Shown here: positions 13,703 to 27,507 of the stretch, one piece after another | Position numbering within the stretch: position 1 is the stretch's first letter | Layout of the letters: each line of letters begins with the position of its first letter | Assembly (NCBI GenBank): GCA_951406725.2 | Contig: OX597828.1 | Span: 3,286,001 to 3,350,000, forward strand | Direction of reading: 5' to 3' | DNA from: Octopus vulgaris | Lineage: Eukaryota | DNA: 64,000 bases | The notes under the pieces: generated by a model | What the model was told of the DNA's origin: nothing | The model's input: only the letters and a program-made list of their open reading frames with translations | Database searches by the model: none | Position numbers and translations under genes: made by a program

Positions 13703-13778
13703 CCAAGATGGCAGCCCTATCATCTAAGACAGCAGTCCCTCATCCAAGATGGCAGGCTGATCATCCAAGATGGCAGCT
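13703..13778 (+). promoter_or_regulatory. Four 20-21 bp tandem repeats carrying YY1-like CAAGATGGC motifs in a GC-rich island
   Basis: ccaagatggcagccctatcat / ctaagacagcagtccctcat / ccaagatggcaggctgatcat / ccaagatggcagctt. Confidence 0.45.
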
Positions 13779-14299
13779 TCGTCAACCGACTATTCTGCAG
13801 AGGACCAACAAAAAAACCTTCAACCTATTGCGATAGCGACCGGAAGAAACCAGACAGCCCAACATCTGAACGGGTTGACACAATCACATATTTTTCTTTA
13901 TTAGGGAGCGCTTTCCCTTACGACTATAATCATCGTTACACGACCTCTAGTTTTGTACCGACTTGTGTGATATATTTTCAGTCTTTCGGGAATTTCTAGC
14001 AAGCTTGGTTTTCTAATTAAGTAGACTCATTATCTTCGTTAGAGGCAAATGGAGCATCATTAATTGGATTCAATGTTGCTATTATAAGAAACCTAGCATT
14101 TTATTTCATAGATTGTTACACGGCCTGCTTAGAGTCATTTTTATACATCGGTTTGTCAAACTAAGTTAGCCAGTAACATTATCCTCAGATGGCGACTGCA
14201 GGTCGCATCTTATATCAATACATGAGAATCTTTTATGCCATACAATATGTTAATATCCTCCACATGCTGGATATATGATAAACGAATACCACATGTATG

Positions 14300-14333
<34 letters not shown>

Positions 14334-16872
14334 TGTATGTATGTATGTATGTATGTATGTATTCATTTATGTATGCGTATGTATGTATGTATTCATTTAT
14401 GTATTCGTATGTCTGCGTGCGTGCGCGTGTGTGTTAGTGCGTACGTGTGTGTGTGTGCAGGTGTGGTGTGTGTATGCAGGTGTGGTGTGTGTGTGTGTGT
14501 GTGTGTGTGTAACCTATCTTGTAGATTTATAAGCAGGGTTAGTTTACCTATTTCTCCGTAGAATAATGAACAACCTTATACCAATATTCCTTAAATGGTC
14601 ACACATGCACACACACATACACACATACATACACACACGCCCACACACACACACACACACACATGCACACACACCAATGTCCTTTAAAGGTTGATATTGA
14701 CTTATGCTAAAAAAAGAATGTACGTAAACAGTAAGGTTACACTAAACATGTTGAACTGAAGATAGTATAATTCTTACGACAACGGATGTTAGCCCCGAAG
14801 AAATTAGTGATGCTGTACGTTGACACAATAAAAGCAACCAGAATAAAAATGGAATAAATGGTTTATCACAGAGAAAAGGAGAAGGTAACCTTTTGGTTTC
14901 AGGCAGTATTCTTCATCGCACAGAGCTATCTGCTGATGATACTAAATGCATAGACTGAGATTAATAATGGTCACAAAGCGAGAAACTCGTTGGAGAGTAC
15001 AGCAATATGGGGGAGATAACCAACAAGAACGCAAACTATTTGAAGAATTAGGTAGTCGTTGACGAGCTTGTAAAATGAGAAAGCAATGGAAGAAAAAGTA
15101 AATACATTACAGACTGCCGTCGCTTTTCAAATTTTCGACCATCGTTTAATATTTTTTCAAGTTTGCATACATTTTTGCCACTCCTCTCTTAGTTATAGTT
15201 CTCTCACATGATTTTTACTGCTCCCTATCAATCAATTATCTTACGCTTTATCTCATATGTAACACGAGAACTATTTTTATTCATCTCTATTTCCTCTTTT
15301 CTTTCTTTTCTACTCCCAAACTATTTACTCTCCATCATTAAAAATCACACTCTGACGAAGATACTTCTAACTCCTATAATATGCACACAGACATTTTGAC
15401 ACATAGTCTACATTGGAATGACTAAATAGTCACTGAACAGTGTAACAACCAACAAATATCATCAACAAATATCCGACCAACTATATTCCTTACAATAAGA
15501 TATCCTTTGTATCAAACTTAGCAGTCATCTCTGTAATAATTTCAACAAAGACGCTAAAAGTACAATCATCTGATAGGTATTCAAATATCTACGATGCAGT
15601 GTAGTAAATAAAGACAATATGCAGAGACACTGATTAAAATAACTTCGGTGCATGGTTGACTAAACTATCATCTACACTTTCATCGTCATTTCCACCATCA
15701 TACAACCAGGCAAAGTGAAGACTACATTAGCTACAAAAGAATTTTAAATTACATTAGTAACGGCATTATTAAGAGCAACAATATCATATTCAATGACGTC
15801 AACTGCAAAATAACAACACAAGTAAGGACAATGCAAACAACATGAAAACAGTGTTCGACTTGTAAGTAACAGCAATTGATTCTACCTAAAAACACATCCT
15901 ACAGTCTTATACCAGGAGGTACACATTAGACGAGGTATAAGAAATGATGGGATAGTAAAAACCAAATGCTCAACTGGGTTTCAGAAATGGTTTAGCAACA
16001 ACTGCGACAACGACAACGCGAACTTAATCACTTCGGTGACAATAACAACGACAGCTCAAACAAATGATGTCTCAATCAACAAGAGCAACTGTGTCAGCGA
16101 CAACAATAAAAATTTCTAAGATCTCAAAATCTCAAAATTGTGAGGAGAGAACAGTCCCTAAAGGCGTGAAAGGCAAAGTTGACTTCGGTGCGATTTGAAT
16201 TCAAGACACAACAAGACAGAACAAATAATGCAAGGTATTCAGTCCAAAGATCTCGATTGTCCTCAATAACATGAAGCAAAACTGACAAGAAACAACAATT
16301 AAGACAGCATAAAGATTACATTAGAAACAATAACGGAGAATATATTACAGACAACATTACAGTTTCCGATACAAGAGGTCATTTAGTACGGTGATATCGT
16401 GCAAAGATCCACATTTCAACACTTGATGAGAGACAGAAACTCAAGAAGATAGTACAATCTTCAGAAATCACAAAACCTAGTTGGATTTCTCAGGAGGCCA
16501 AGTTTCAAACTCAACCTATCAAATAGTGTTGTGAACATTGCAATAAATACTCAGAGAACGCAAAGGCAGTGAATAACGATATTCACAAGAAATGCATATA
16601 TTTGCGTCAATCACAATTTTCTGCATGTCTGCCTGATCATACATACATGCACACACATGTGTAAATGTAATGTGTATATGTATTGCATGTATATATACGC
16701 TGAATTCTTTCAGTACATTTCTGCATTCCTCTAACGGTAAGAAATCTTTGAGAAGACGCAGAAATGTGTTGAAACCACTGTACTGTTGTCAGGTATTAGC
16801 ACATTGATAAAAGAAATAATAACTGCACATATCAATGTATTGAATACATACATAAATGCATGTCTGCATATA

Positions 16873-16948
16873 CATGTACCCGTTGTTGTTGGTAAATGGT
16901 ATATATATATATACATACATACCATTTACCAACAACAACGGGTACATG
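16873..16948. repeat. Perfect hairpin with about 30 bp arms and a microsatellite loop, at the 5' end of an HHR element
   Basis: catgtacccgttgttgttggtaaatggtat ... ataccatttaccaacaacaacgggtacatg. Confidence 0.9.
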
Positions 16949-17066
16949 ATACTTATTTCCTGTCTCTATACGATACCTCAATTTTCCTACTCCATTCTGT
17001 AATCGTTAGCCACTACACACATTTTTTTTCTCTCCTTGTTTCTCTCCTTGTTTTTTTTCTGTATCC

Positions 17067-17102
17067 CTTTCTGTAGAAGAGCGTAGGCTCGAAACGTAAA
17101 AG
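17067..17102 (+). ncRNA. Minimal hammerhead-like motif (mutated core) in a pLTR-like element at about 16920-17180
   Basis: cttt CTGTAGA a gagc-gtag-gctc GAAA cg TA aaag; A6>T; same architecture as 37890-37924. Confidence 0.6.
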
Positions 17103-17211
17103 ACTTTTTCTATTCCTGAGCGTTATACTAATACATCTGTTTGTTTTGTATACCACATGGCTTCGTAAACTCTCCCTATATATACACACATACACACATA
17201 TAAATATATGT

Positions 17212-17458
17212 ATACGAGATCTGATCAATAAGTATCCGGATTGTTCTCATAGTAACAAAGCTAAAGCCCGCAGAGTGAAGCCGCTTCCAAAAGATTGACC
17301 TTCAACACTGTTGTGCATGCTCACTAAGCTTTAGCGTTGTCGCTCTATTCCGCTGTTTGCAGCAGTGCTTGAAAGGAAGATGTAAAGCGTTTGATCGTCG
17401 CATTGACCATGACAGAGTAAGCTGTCATGGTGATACCTGCTCAGAATTCTACGCAAAG
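17212..17458 (+). mobile_element. Mariner 5' terminal fragment
   Basis: Starts ta-cgagatctgatcaataagtatccgga, a typical mariner TIR pattern; no intact ORF. Confidence 0.45.
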
Positions 17459-17460
17459 TA

Positions 17461-17461
17461 T

Positions 17462-17524
<63 letters not shown>

Positions 17525-17562
17525 ACCATCGCCGCTGCCACCACCACCACCACCACCATCAT

Positions 17563-17620
<58 letters not shown>

Positions 17621-17803
17621 GCTACTGCTGCTGCTGCTGTGCCACCGCAACAGTCACCAGCCGCCGCCGCCGCCACCACCGCCACCGCCACCACCACCAC
17701 CGCCGCCGCCACCACCACCACCACCACCGCCGACGCCGCCACCACCACCACCACCACCACCACCACCACCACCACCACCACCACCACCACTACTACCACC
17801 ACC

Positions 17804-17849
<46 letters not shown>

Positions 17850-17935
17850 GAACTGATACTGCTGCTGCAACGCCGCCGCCGCCACCAACACCACCACCAT
17901 CACCACTACCACCACTACTACTACTACCACCGCTA
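17461..17935. repeat. Compound in-phase trinucleotide microsatellite (TAC/TGC/CAC/CGC)
   Basis: Alternating tracts of one-step-related triplets keep a single phase over about 470 bp. Confidence 0.95.
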
Positions 17936-18129
17936 AATATTTCCTCTGATATGCTGACGAGTCTACCAGCTCTCCGCCCTTTGTTTTATAATGTTGCTGC
18001 AAGATCAGTAATTTCAGTGGATAGAGGTTAGTCGATACCCTCGATCCAGTACTTAACTGGTCGTCATTTTATCGACTCCGAAGGAACCGAAAGCAAAGTT
18101 GTCACCGATATGATTTGAACCAAAATAGG

Positions 18130-18575
18130 TGCAGGCGTGGCCATGTGGTAAGAAGCTTGTTTCCCAACGACATGGTTCCCACTGTGCGACACCTTGGAGA
18201 AATGTCTCTTACCGACCAAAGCCGAGTGAGTGGATAGACAGAAACTGATAGATAGAAGCTGAATGCCTGTCGTGTGTGTGTGTGTTTGTGTACGTGTGAG
18301 TGCGCGTGTGTGAGTGTGTGTGAGTGTGTGTGTGTGTGTGCGTGTGTGTGTGCGTGTGCGTGTCTTTCTGTCTGTCAGTACCCTGCCACCGCTTGACAAC
18401 TGGAGTTGGTGTGGTTAAGCCTCCGCAAAGTAGCGGTTCGGCAAAAGAGACCGACGGAATAAGTACAAGTCTTAAAAGAAATAAGTACGGGAGTCGATTC
18501 ATTCGACTAAAAATTCTTCACTGAAGTGCCCCAGTTTGGTCACAGTCCAATAACTTAATCAGCGGAAATAAAAGT
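18130..18575 (+). mobile_element. tRNA-derived SINE family A with internal (TG)n
   Basis: Head gcaggcgtggccatgtggtaagaagcttg, body gcggttcggcaaaagagaccgacggaataagtac. Confidence 0.8.
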
Positions 18576-20341
18576 GATGAAAGAGATACAAAGTGTTTAT
18601 AGATGCATGTATGTATTCGCGTGGTTGAAATGTGCATCAGTTATATTTAGGTAATCAAATTTAATGCTAAATATTGGCCTCCGCAATATTTGTATGTAGG
18701 AGTATTTTGATAAATCTCGGCCAGGAAATGGAACAGTAATATTTGAATAATTCGAGCTGTTGATTTAGAAATTTATGAAGAACTAAGCTCAAGCTAAGAT
18801 GCATTGTTGCAAGTCAGAAAATTAGCATAAGAAAATAGCTCGAAGACATTAACGCTTTATTTATTCATTATTGAGATGTTATATTTTTTAGTTTTCGTAA
18901 ATTGATTTTCTTTCCATTTTTTAAAAACTTTTAGGCATTACTTTACAGTTATTAGCTGCGGAATGCGCCTCGTAGCAATGTTTTCTTTTGCGTGAAAACA
19001 ACCCCCTGGGATTATCCTTCGAAACAGCACTGCATGATTTTATTTTATTTAAAGAAAAGCAATTTTGATGCTGTATTTGTATCTGTTTTTCTATTTTTGC
19101 ACAAATTCCGTCTAATACTGCTGATGTTGATGTTAATGAATACGATGATCTTGTTATTGTTCTTAGCATTGCATTTTTACTTGGTGGATGTTATTGTGGA
19201 TTCTTTTCTTCTTGCTATCTTTAATTTAAAAACCGCGCATCTGCTTTGCATTGATGTTTAATATGCAAATGTTGCAAGAAAGCGTTTGGAAAGACTGCTT
19301 AGGGGCAGCCATAGAAATTTCGTACGCTTCAAGAATGTTTATAATAAATATACTAGACATATATTTAATCTGTACGCAAAACATTATCAGCTCTTTATAT
19401 AGTGAATCTTAAAGAGAAATTATCTTCTCATATTAGGACTCTACGCAGGTTTCGTATCCTTTTTATTTTTCTCTGAATATTTTCCGCGTAAGATGATTCT
19501 TCACCATTATTATTTCTTGTTAGCATTGTTGTTTATAACTACCTGCTTCGTAATATGATATTATGGAAATAAAAAGAATAAATGAAGTACAATTTCTAAC
19601 AGAATTGGATATTCTGCAACGAAATTTACATTAATGGTTGCATAACAGAAATATACATTGCATTAGTTGTTGGCGATTCTATTTGCTTTGCTTCACAAAC
19701 CTTTATAATCTGTTTGCTGACTTTGTTTTTAGATATTTTTCGTAGTGGTTCTTGCTATCAGCTGACATATTTCTTATGACGAAATGTTATTAAACACAGC
19801 CTGCAGCCATTGTATAATTCATAGGATTCTTTCATGAACTGCCGAAGTTCATAAAGCAGGTGTTTAGTAAATCGGAGAGAAATCTTCTGTTTCTCTATCA
19901 TAAGTAAGTAAATTCCCTAGATCCAGAATCAATTTTGGCTTGTTGTTTGGCTGCAGGCTTGCCAGCCCAAAGGTAGAGAGTTCGTATCTTTTCAACTGTC
20001 GCTTCCTCTCAGTAGGTATAATTTAAACATAAGCGAATATTTAATCTTGTATGTAACAACCGTTCTGTTTGGTGCTTGTTTCCTTGTTATTGAGTACAGA
20101 GGTGAAATCTCTTCCCAGTTAGAAAAAAAGAGATGAATTTTAGCAGTTATTATCAACAATGTTCTTGGGTCCGTATTGTGGCATATACTCTAGAATAGCA
20201 TTAACCCCCGCCAGAATTAATTTAATTATAGACTATTCCCAAAGGCGGAAACACTTTTCTGTCTATGACACGAAGAGGCCAATGGAAGGAGTCAACCGTG
20301 TTAAATCATCAATTGTCAATAGATACATTATTATTCTAGAT

Positions 20342-20598
20342 CAGTGGTTTTCAAACGGGGTCTATATGGCCCTTGGGGATTCATATAAAATTTTATTGTT
20401 AAAATTTATCTGCAATAAATTGCTTATACAGCTATAATGCACAAAATATTTTAGTATTTTCAAATACAACTCTTAATAATATTTAATTATAAAAATGCTG
20501 TAGGATGTTTTTTATGTACATTGAATGGCTATGGGGCACCAGTAGATTAAAACAGGAATCAAAAGGGTCCATAGGCAAAAACTCATTGGGAACCACTT
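20342..20598. mobile_element. hAT (Charlie-like) MITE
   Basis: TIR cagtggttttcaa / ttgggaaccactt; 8-bp TSD-like flanks ttctagat (20334-20341) and ttgtagat (20599-20606). Confidence 0.7.
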
Positions 20599-22001
20599 TT
20601 GTAGATGTATGAAATACAGTTTGAAAACTTTTTCTGATGTTAAAAAAAAGAAACATTTATCTTTTGTAGTGAAAGAGGGAGATATCCAGTGACACAATGC
20701 AACTATCCAAAATCTTTTAATACATTTAATTAATTCTAAAGTTCGATGTTGTTTTCCTTGCCTCCGTGTCTAGAATTAATCATTAGACTACTGAAAGTTC
20801 CAGTTAGAAGTATAGGGAAATTTGGAACATGCGAGTGTGAAATCTGTTGGAGGTTAGTGTTATTAAAATCAGTCTAGTGTAGTAGAAACTATTATTGTGA
20901 AACTAAGAAAAAGAAAGGAATAGAGACAGACAGGATATTAAAACCAGATAATCGAGAGATTTAAATGACCACACGACATTGTTGCATAAAGAGCTAGCTA
21001 TTGTCCTTCCCAAGCTCTTCAATCTTTCTATCTCTACATGAATAAAATCTTTGAAAACATCCCAAATAGCGTTCATATTCAACATACCCAAACAGCTATC
21101 GGTCTATAATTCTGACTCCAGTTTCTCAAAAGGTTACAATCAGTTGTTAAGAGTTACTATCTCCAATATTTTGAATAATTTCCAACCCACAAGTATCTGA
21201 TGTATCTAATGGGAATATGCTCGTATATATCTTTCACTAGATGTCCCAGACCCTTGAGAACTTAATCGAGAACAATTTTGATATGCATGAATAAAATAAA
21301 GCGTTCAGTTGTGTCCGTCACTAAAGTTACTTCTCTAAACTACCGGCCTATCGACTTTATTCCGTCATATCCCTTTCTCTCTCTCTTTCGGTTGGAAGCT
21401 TCCCATTACACACACCTGGTAGCATCGACCTCTCTCCCCTCTCTTTTTCTCCTCCCTCTTTTTCTCTCCACCACTCTCTTTCTCTTTGATTATGATTGTA
21501 AAGCGCCAGTTATTAGCTTTGAATTTTGTAAGAAGAATTATCTAAGTATTTTAATGATATTTTATTACTATTGTATATTGTGTAGATGATTAAGGTATGA
21601 CTTATGAAATACTGTTTCCAATATAGAGCATAAATACCATTCCTCAGATTACATAACAGCTGACAGTTGTATCAAAGCATTAGCTCTGAATTCAGCAGAG
21701 GTTGGCAGGAGTCTAAGCAGTAAATTTCAATTTTGTGTGCTTCAAAAGCACAACGTAAAAGCAACTGGAGAAATTTAACTGCACTAGAAACATCATTGAT
21801 GCCATGAAAACCTGGGAGATTTATTATGGCTACCACAAAGAAAAACACATTATGGGATATGTAAAAAAAAAATCACTTCTTAAACTATAAGATGGCGTCG
21901 CTCAGCTTTGTCGAGTTTCAAGTAAATGAAGGTTTTCCGATTACTGAAATAGAGGCAATAGAAGTCATACATTCTAAGATTGTTCTACACTCTTTATGAG
22001 A

Positions 22002-22075
22002 GCGATGAATCAATTCTAGATCGAACGCGGTGGTCTGTAGACACCACATTGTTGGATCTAGAATTCATTCATCGC
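22002..22075. other. Isolated 74-nt stem-loop
   Basis: gcgatgaat/attcatcgc, aattctagatc/gatctagaatt, aac/gtt, gtggtc/gacaccac. Confidence 0.7.
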
Positions 22076-22227
22076 CCACAATTCATTCAAGATAAATAGA
22101 TTAGTTAATCGATACAAGTATGCGCTTTCAGTCTGGTATCATTGAGCTATATTGATCTGATAGCAGTATTAGCACTGGAAATCCAAGCGAAAACTTGTGA
22201 TGCTGTCAGCCATGCACACTGATTGTA

Positions 22228-22482
22228 GGCCCATCATTTGGGATGCTACATGCTGAGACAACTTCTCCAGCGACAACCTTGTGTTCGGCTTCAAACCCAG
22301 GCTTCGCAGCTTGTCAAGTCGAGGAGGGCAACATGTCAGATTATCAGCCGCTCTTTGACAGATTTGTGGTCGAGCCTGTGGTAGTGGAGATCTCCGGTGT
22401 TCTTGGCCCTGGACTGCTCACTGCTATCGGTGAAGAGATGTCTGTCTGCAGATGCGAGCCCCGTAAGTCGGAATGCCTATGA
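22228..22482 (+). mobile_element. Restriction-like endonuclease fragment of a CRE-type non-LTR retrotransposon
   Basis: IIWDATC, a frameshift, then FVVEPVVVEISGVLGP...IGEEMSVCRCEPRKSECL resemble the WDATCxDT...PVAVETLGxxGP...EPRE RLE motif series. Confidence 0.6.
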
Positions 22483-22683
22483 AACCGCTCGACAGAACTG
22501 AACCAGAAATTACGTGCTTCGAAGCGAACTTCTCGACTAATTCGTTATGAGTGCACGTCAATGTTAACTTTTTCTCATAAAGGACTTCACTCAACGTATA
22601 AGCAAGCACAAACGCAGGCAGACATTTGCACGCATAAGCGCGCGCGCACACACACATACACACACACACACACATACATACAC

Positions 22684-22720
<37 letters not shown>

Positions 22721-22933
22721 TACACACACACAAAACACATACATATAGATTTAAAAGCAGTTTCTATCTACAAAATTCCGCTAACGAGGCCGTAGTTGTC
22801 CTGAGGCCAGTAATGGCCTCAGAATAACCACATGGTCGAACGAGAAATGGAATAAAGAAGCGCCACGCTGCGTGATCGAACTTGAGACTACGTTGCTGCG
22901 GAAAGAACTTCTTAAACGCTTAGCGATGCCTGC

Positions 22934-22974
<41 letters not shown>

Positions 22975-23326
22975 TTCATACACACACCACATAGAACCAA
23001 TTGTATAAATAATTTACACATAGACATGTCTTATGGATCATTCCGTTGCATCTGCACGTGTGCGTAAATAACGCAGAAACCATACAGCTTCGCACGCACA
23101 AATATGCCCTACCAAATACAAATATATGTGTTTAATTTCAAGTATAGAAGTGTGTTTTTATTTCTGTGTGTGCGTGTGTGTGTGTGTGTGTGTGTTTGTG
23201 TAAGTACATAAATATGTACAGAAATATTGATCTTTATGTTAATTAAATATGTATAGATTTGAATACATACATTCGCGTGTGTATTTTCTCTCGCCCTCTA
23301 TGTACACACACATGAACACGCACACA

Positions 23327-23382
<56 letters not shown>

Positions 23383-24269
23383 CAGAAAGAGAGGATGAAA
23401 GAGAGCTGTATATATATATGTCATATATCCATTTATTTATAAACGCATATATATGTGTGTGTGAGTGTATACACATATATACACTCATATATGTTTGTGT
23501 ATGTGCGTATGTGAATGTATGTGTATATGGTTATACTATGACCTACATATATATATCTACGCAACTTTTTCTCTACTTCTTTGTATGCAACTGTGTACAC
23601 ACACACACACACACACACACAGACAGACACACACACACACAGACAGACACACACACACACAGACAGACACACACACACGCGCACGCATATATTTGAATTT
23701 TATGTGCAAAGTTCATGGAACATCTATGTTTAAGGAACATCTATGTATTGCCTGGGGCAATTCTTTCCAGCATCTAATCAATGTTGACCAGTTATGCTCG
23801 CCGAAGGCGAAACACCTCCTGCCTATGCGAAAGCTGGTTCTAATGAAGAGAAGATTGCACACACTAATCCACTCTTAAGGTTAAGGTTCAAGCAAATAAT
23901 GAGGTGAAATATCAAACCTAATATATTAAATATACTAGCATAATGATGATTGCTGATTGCTTCTCTAAATGATGTTGGCGAAGATGGTGATATTTATGGC
24001 GCTGATGATGATGGAATAAATAATGATTTCTAAGTTTACCATAAGACCACTTATTGCAGGGGAGGTTTGTAGTCAACTTAATCGACCTCCATACTTGACT
24101 GATACTTATTTTATCAATGTTTGAGAAATGAAGGACATACTCGTCTTCGTTGGATTCGAACGTAAATTGATATAATTCTCTACGATAGAGTATTTAGTAT
24201 AATCTTTTAACTGATTACACCACAGTAGCTTCTTGATAACTATGATATTCTCTTCTTCTTTATGTCATT

Positions 24270-24465
24270 ACTAAAAGCGTTGGTGTTCATGGATCTCTAC
24301 ACAATTCGTTTCCACACACAACATGTAATTAGGTTCTTCTTCAGTCAACTGCTAAAACCATCGGGCATCTTCTCCATACGTGTGTGCTTTACCGTGTTCT
24401 TCTTCCCTTCGCTTAGCTAGTTGTCACCATATGTTCAAGGCTTTGTCTTCTCATATAATGTCCGC
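24270..24465 (-). mobile_element. Decayed RTE-clade LINE 3' fragment
   Basis: GHYMRRQSLEHMVTT..KGRRTR resembles the RTE C-terminal GHxMRRxSLEK...GRRxRGR. Confidence 0.45.
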
Positions 24466-24490
24466 CTTAAATATCATTAATATTACTGTA

Positions 24491-24708
24491 AAGTCGGTGA
24501 GCTGGCAGAACCGTTAGCATGGCGGGTGACATGCTTAGCTTCATTTCGTCCGTTTTTACGTTCAGGGTTCAAATACCGCTGGGATCGACTTTGCCTTTCA
24601 TCCTTTCGCGGTCGATAAAATAAGTACGAGTTGAACACTGGGGTCGACATAATCGACTTACTCCCTCCTCCGAACTTGCTGGTTTTGTGTCAAACCATGA
24701 AATCAATA
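24491..24708 (+). mobile_element. SINE family C, followed by a second partial copy to about 24850
   Basis: gagctggcagaaccgttagc...gttcaaataccgc...gcctttcatcctttcgcggtcgataaaataagtac. Confidence 0.8.
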
Positions 24709-25648
24709 TTACTGTAAGAGGTGGACGATTAGTGATCGCAAGGGTGTTGTACAAAAAACGTCTTTCAGTGTTTCTTCCAGCTCTTTGCATTCTTAGTCCA
24801 AATTCCGCCGAGGCTAACGTTGTCTGTCATACCTTTGGAGTCGATAAAATAATCTTTATTCATACTGTACCACAATACCTTTATTCAAATATTTCCGCAA
24901 TTCAAACACCAATAAATATATAAAATATCTTTACCCAAAAATACAAACTTCGACTGAAATTACATCAGCAAGCCACACAGACATTATTTCACGGACAATA
25001 AAAGAAGTCTAACAAAATTTAATGACTATATACAAAAAATTCCTCTTCACTCTACAATAAAAATTTAGAGAGGCTTGATTGGGACTGTCACTAGACACGT
25101 TCACTCAACCGTGTCAGCCTTAAACATCAATGCAAAATATATTGTCACATGACATATTGTCACTGATGTAGCGAGGAATTTACAGAAATTTCTAAGACTA
25201 ATCGTATGATCACCCTCTGCTAACCAAATAGTATCCTAAACATATAGTCACATGAGCCATGTTTTCTCCATAAGAACAAGAGGATTTTCGAACTCCAGTC
25301 AGAAGCAAAACAGTTGCGGCATAGGCCACGTCTGTCTATCTCACTTAACTTTTGAAAATCAATAAGATCCGCGACATCAGTTAAGCCATTAAAAATAAAC
25401 CATCTAAAATACTTCTAGTGCAGTTTCAACTTCTTTTTTCTATATTCCTACCCATGTGGAATAAAATAACTTTCTTTCCTATATATATAAGGTAATATAA
25501 TCCGATGGTAGAAAGAATCCCGCAAATTAGGTACTCTAAAGCTTGTTGGAAGGACGGGGGTCCGTGTGAGCGTGCGGTAAAAAAGTTAAGTTACTTAAAA
25601 AAAAAACGGAGAAAATAATACAAGAAAAAACAACAACGCGTGGACGTG

Positions 25649-25717
<69 letters not shown>

Positions 25718-25880
25718 GAGGGTAAAATTAATATTAATTAAATTAACATCAATTTAAACCAGTGGCCTACCATATTTTAAAAAATCCGAAGATTCAGAAA
25801 AATTATATTACATACATATCAGAGGAATGACCACAAGGTGGGCTCCTAATATGCTAGAGGTAGAAGCCAAATGGTCTGAC

Positions 25881-25931
<51 letters not shown>

Positions 25932-26489
25932 TGAAATCTAAATTATTTTTGGATATATAGAAAATATACATACTAAGATCTAAGATCACATTTGATTGCA
26001 GGTAATGCATTTTGGGATCCAGCCGAGATTTATTTTTAGCTATTAAGGTTTTTCTGGAGAATAAAATACGACTTATATTTTAATTCTAGTGTCTTTTGAT
26101 TCGATACGTTAAATGAATTGAAGAAATTGATGTGTTGTGGCTTTGACGTGGATCACGGCGCTTAATATATTTCTCTTTGGGTTATTAAGCATTCGAAAGC
26201 GTTCGGCAGAAAAGTCAGGCGGGAGCTATATTTGAGTTTCACATATTTTTGACATTTCTATAATATTGGAAAGCATGTTGATTATCTAGAACAATTTGCG
26301 AGTCATTTTTTCATTTAGGTACAGACTATGTAGAAGGCATATGCAGCCCTGTGTCTATACAGAACTGAAATGAATTTAAGTGATAATGAATATGAGATGC
26401 GTAGTTAAAAAGCAAAAGAAATAATCGTTGTTACTGCTGTCCTTTCGAGATAAATGCATTATTTTGAAAGTAATACCTGTCTCTAAGAT

Positions 26490-26700
26490 ATTGGTTTCAA
26501 ATTTTGTTACAAGATCAGCAGTTTGGGAGAGATGAGGTAAATCGATTACTTCGACCCAAGTATTCAGCTGCTACTTATTTTATCGACCCTGAAAAGTAAA
26601 GTCAACCTCGGCAGCATTTGAACTTAGAACGTATAGAAGGATGAAATGCCGCCAAGCATTTTGCCCGGCGTTCTAACGATTCTGCCAGCTTGACGCCTTG
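26490..26700 (-). mobile_element. SINE family C
   Basis: Reverse complement of the 8348-8558 pattern. Confidence 0.8.
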
Positions 26701-27475
26701 TCTTTTTTTAAAGATATTAACTGCTAAATTAAATGGTTTCAACCGAGAATCGAAACCGAATTATAAAGTCGTCATATCGGGTAGTTTACCCGTTACTCTG
26801 CAACACATTCTATTTTTTGTTTTGAAATATTGGCCACTATTAGAATCTGACAGAAAAACGTGAGAGATTGAAATATTGGTAGCTACTTGCAAACAACTAT
26901 AAAATATTGGTGTCTATTGACTGTTTTACATAAAACTATGGTTTACTACAGATGTTTATCAAAATATTATTACAGAAGTATATATCTTAAATATTTTCTA
27001 TGATATAAATTACACGATACAATACAGAACACAAAAACAAAAACAAAATAAAAATTAATGACGAGATAAAAATAATAAAAATACGAAAAAAAACAACAAA
27101 ATAAGCAAAGAAAAAAAACAAGACCAATTTCTATGACAGCAATATTCCTCTAAGTATTTCTTTTCATTTTTAAAGACTCTTCTTTCTTGGACACAGGTCA
27201 GAGTATGTCGTTGAAATGACTATAGTGAACAAATCAAGGCAAAATTTTCAAATGGCTTTTGCCATAAATACGACCATAAAATGTGTTAGCAATCGATGAA
27301 AACGAAATAAATTTGACATTAAGTTAGTGTAAGATGTTTGCCAGTATGGTGCTTACATTGGAAAAAAAAATGTAAACAAAACGAAAAATAAGATGATAAA
27401 ATACGCTACGCTCAAGGTTATGTTAACTTGTGTCTATTGACAATATATTTTTATGTTAGCTTTGCTATATTTGCG

Positions 27476-27507
<32 letters not shown>

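Noticed and set aside
14885-14925. Minus-strand hammerhead-like GCGATGA...GAAAccaaaaggTT
   Set aside because: The core is altered at C3 and U4 and there is no stem I; too degenerate to call.
17357-18031. 224-aa and 169-aa poly-T/poly-P ORFs
   Set aside because: Stop-free triplet repeat with no complex sequence or splice evidence.
18900-20150. Possible decayed coding region on the minus strand
   Set aside because: Many stops in all frames and no recognisable motif.
21295-21370. NYRPI LINE RT-like peptide
   Set aside because: Only about 20 codons; cannot be distinguished from chance.
23780-23830. cgccgaaggcgaaac resembling HHR stem II-GAAA
   Set aside because: No CUGANGA core and no stem I or III partners.
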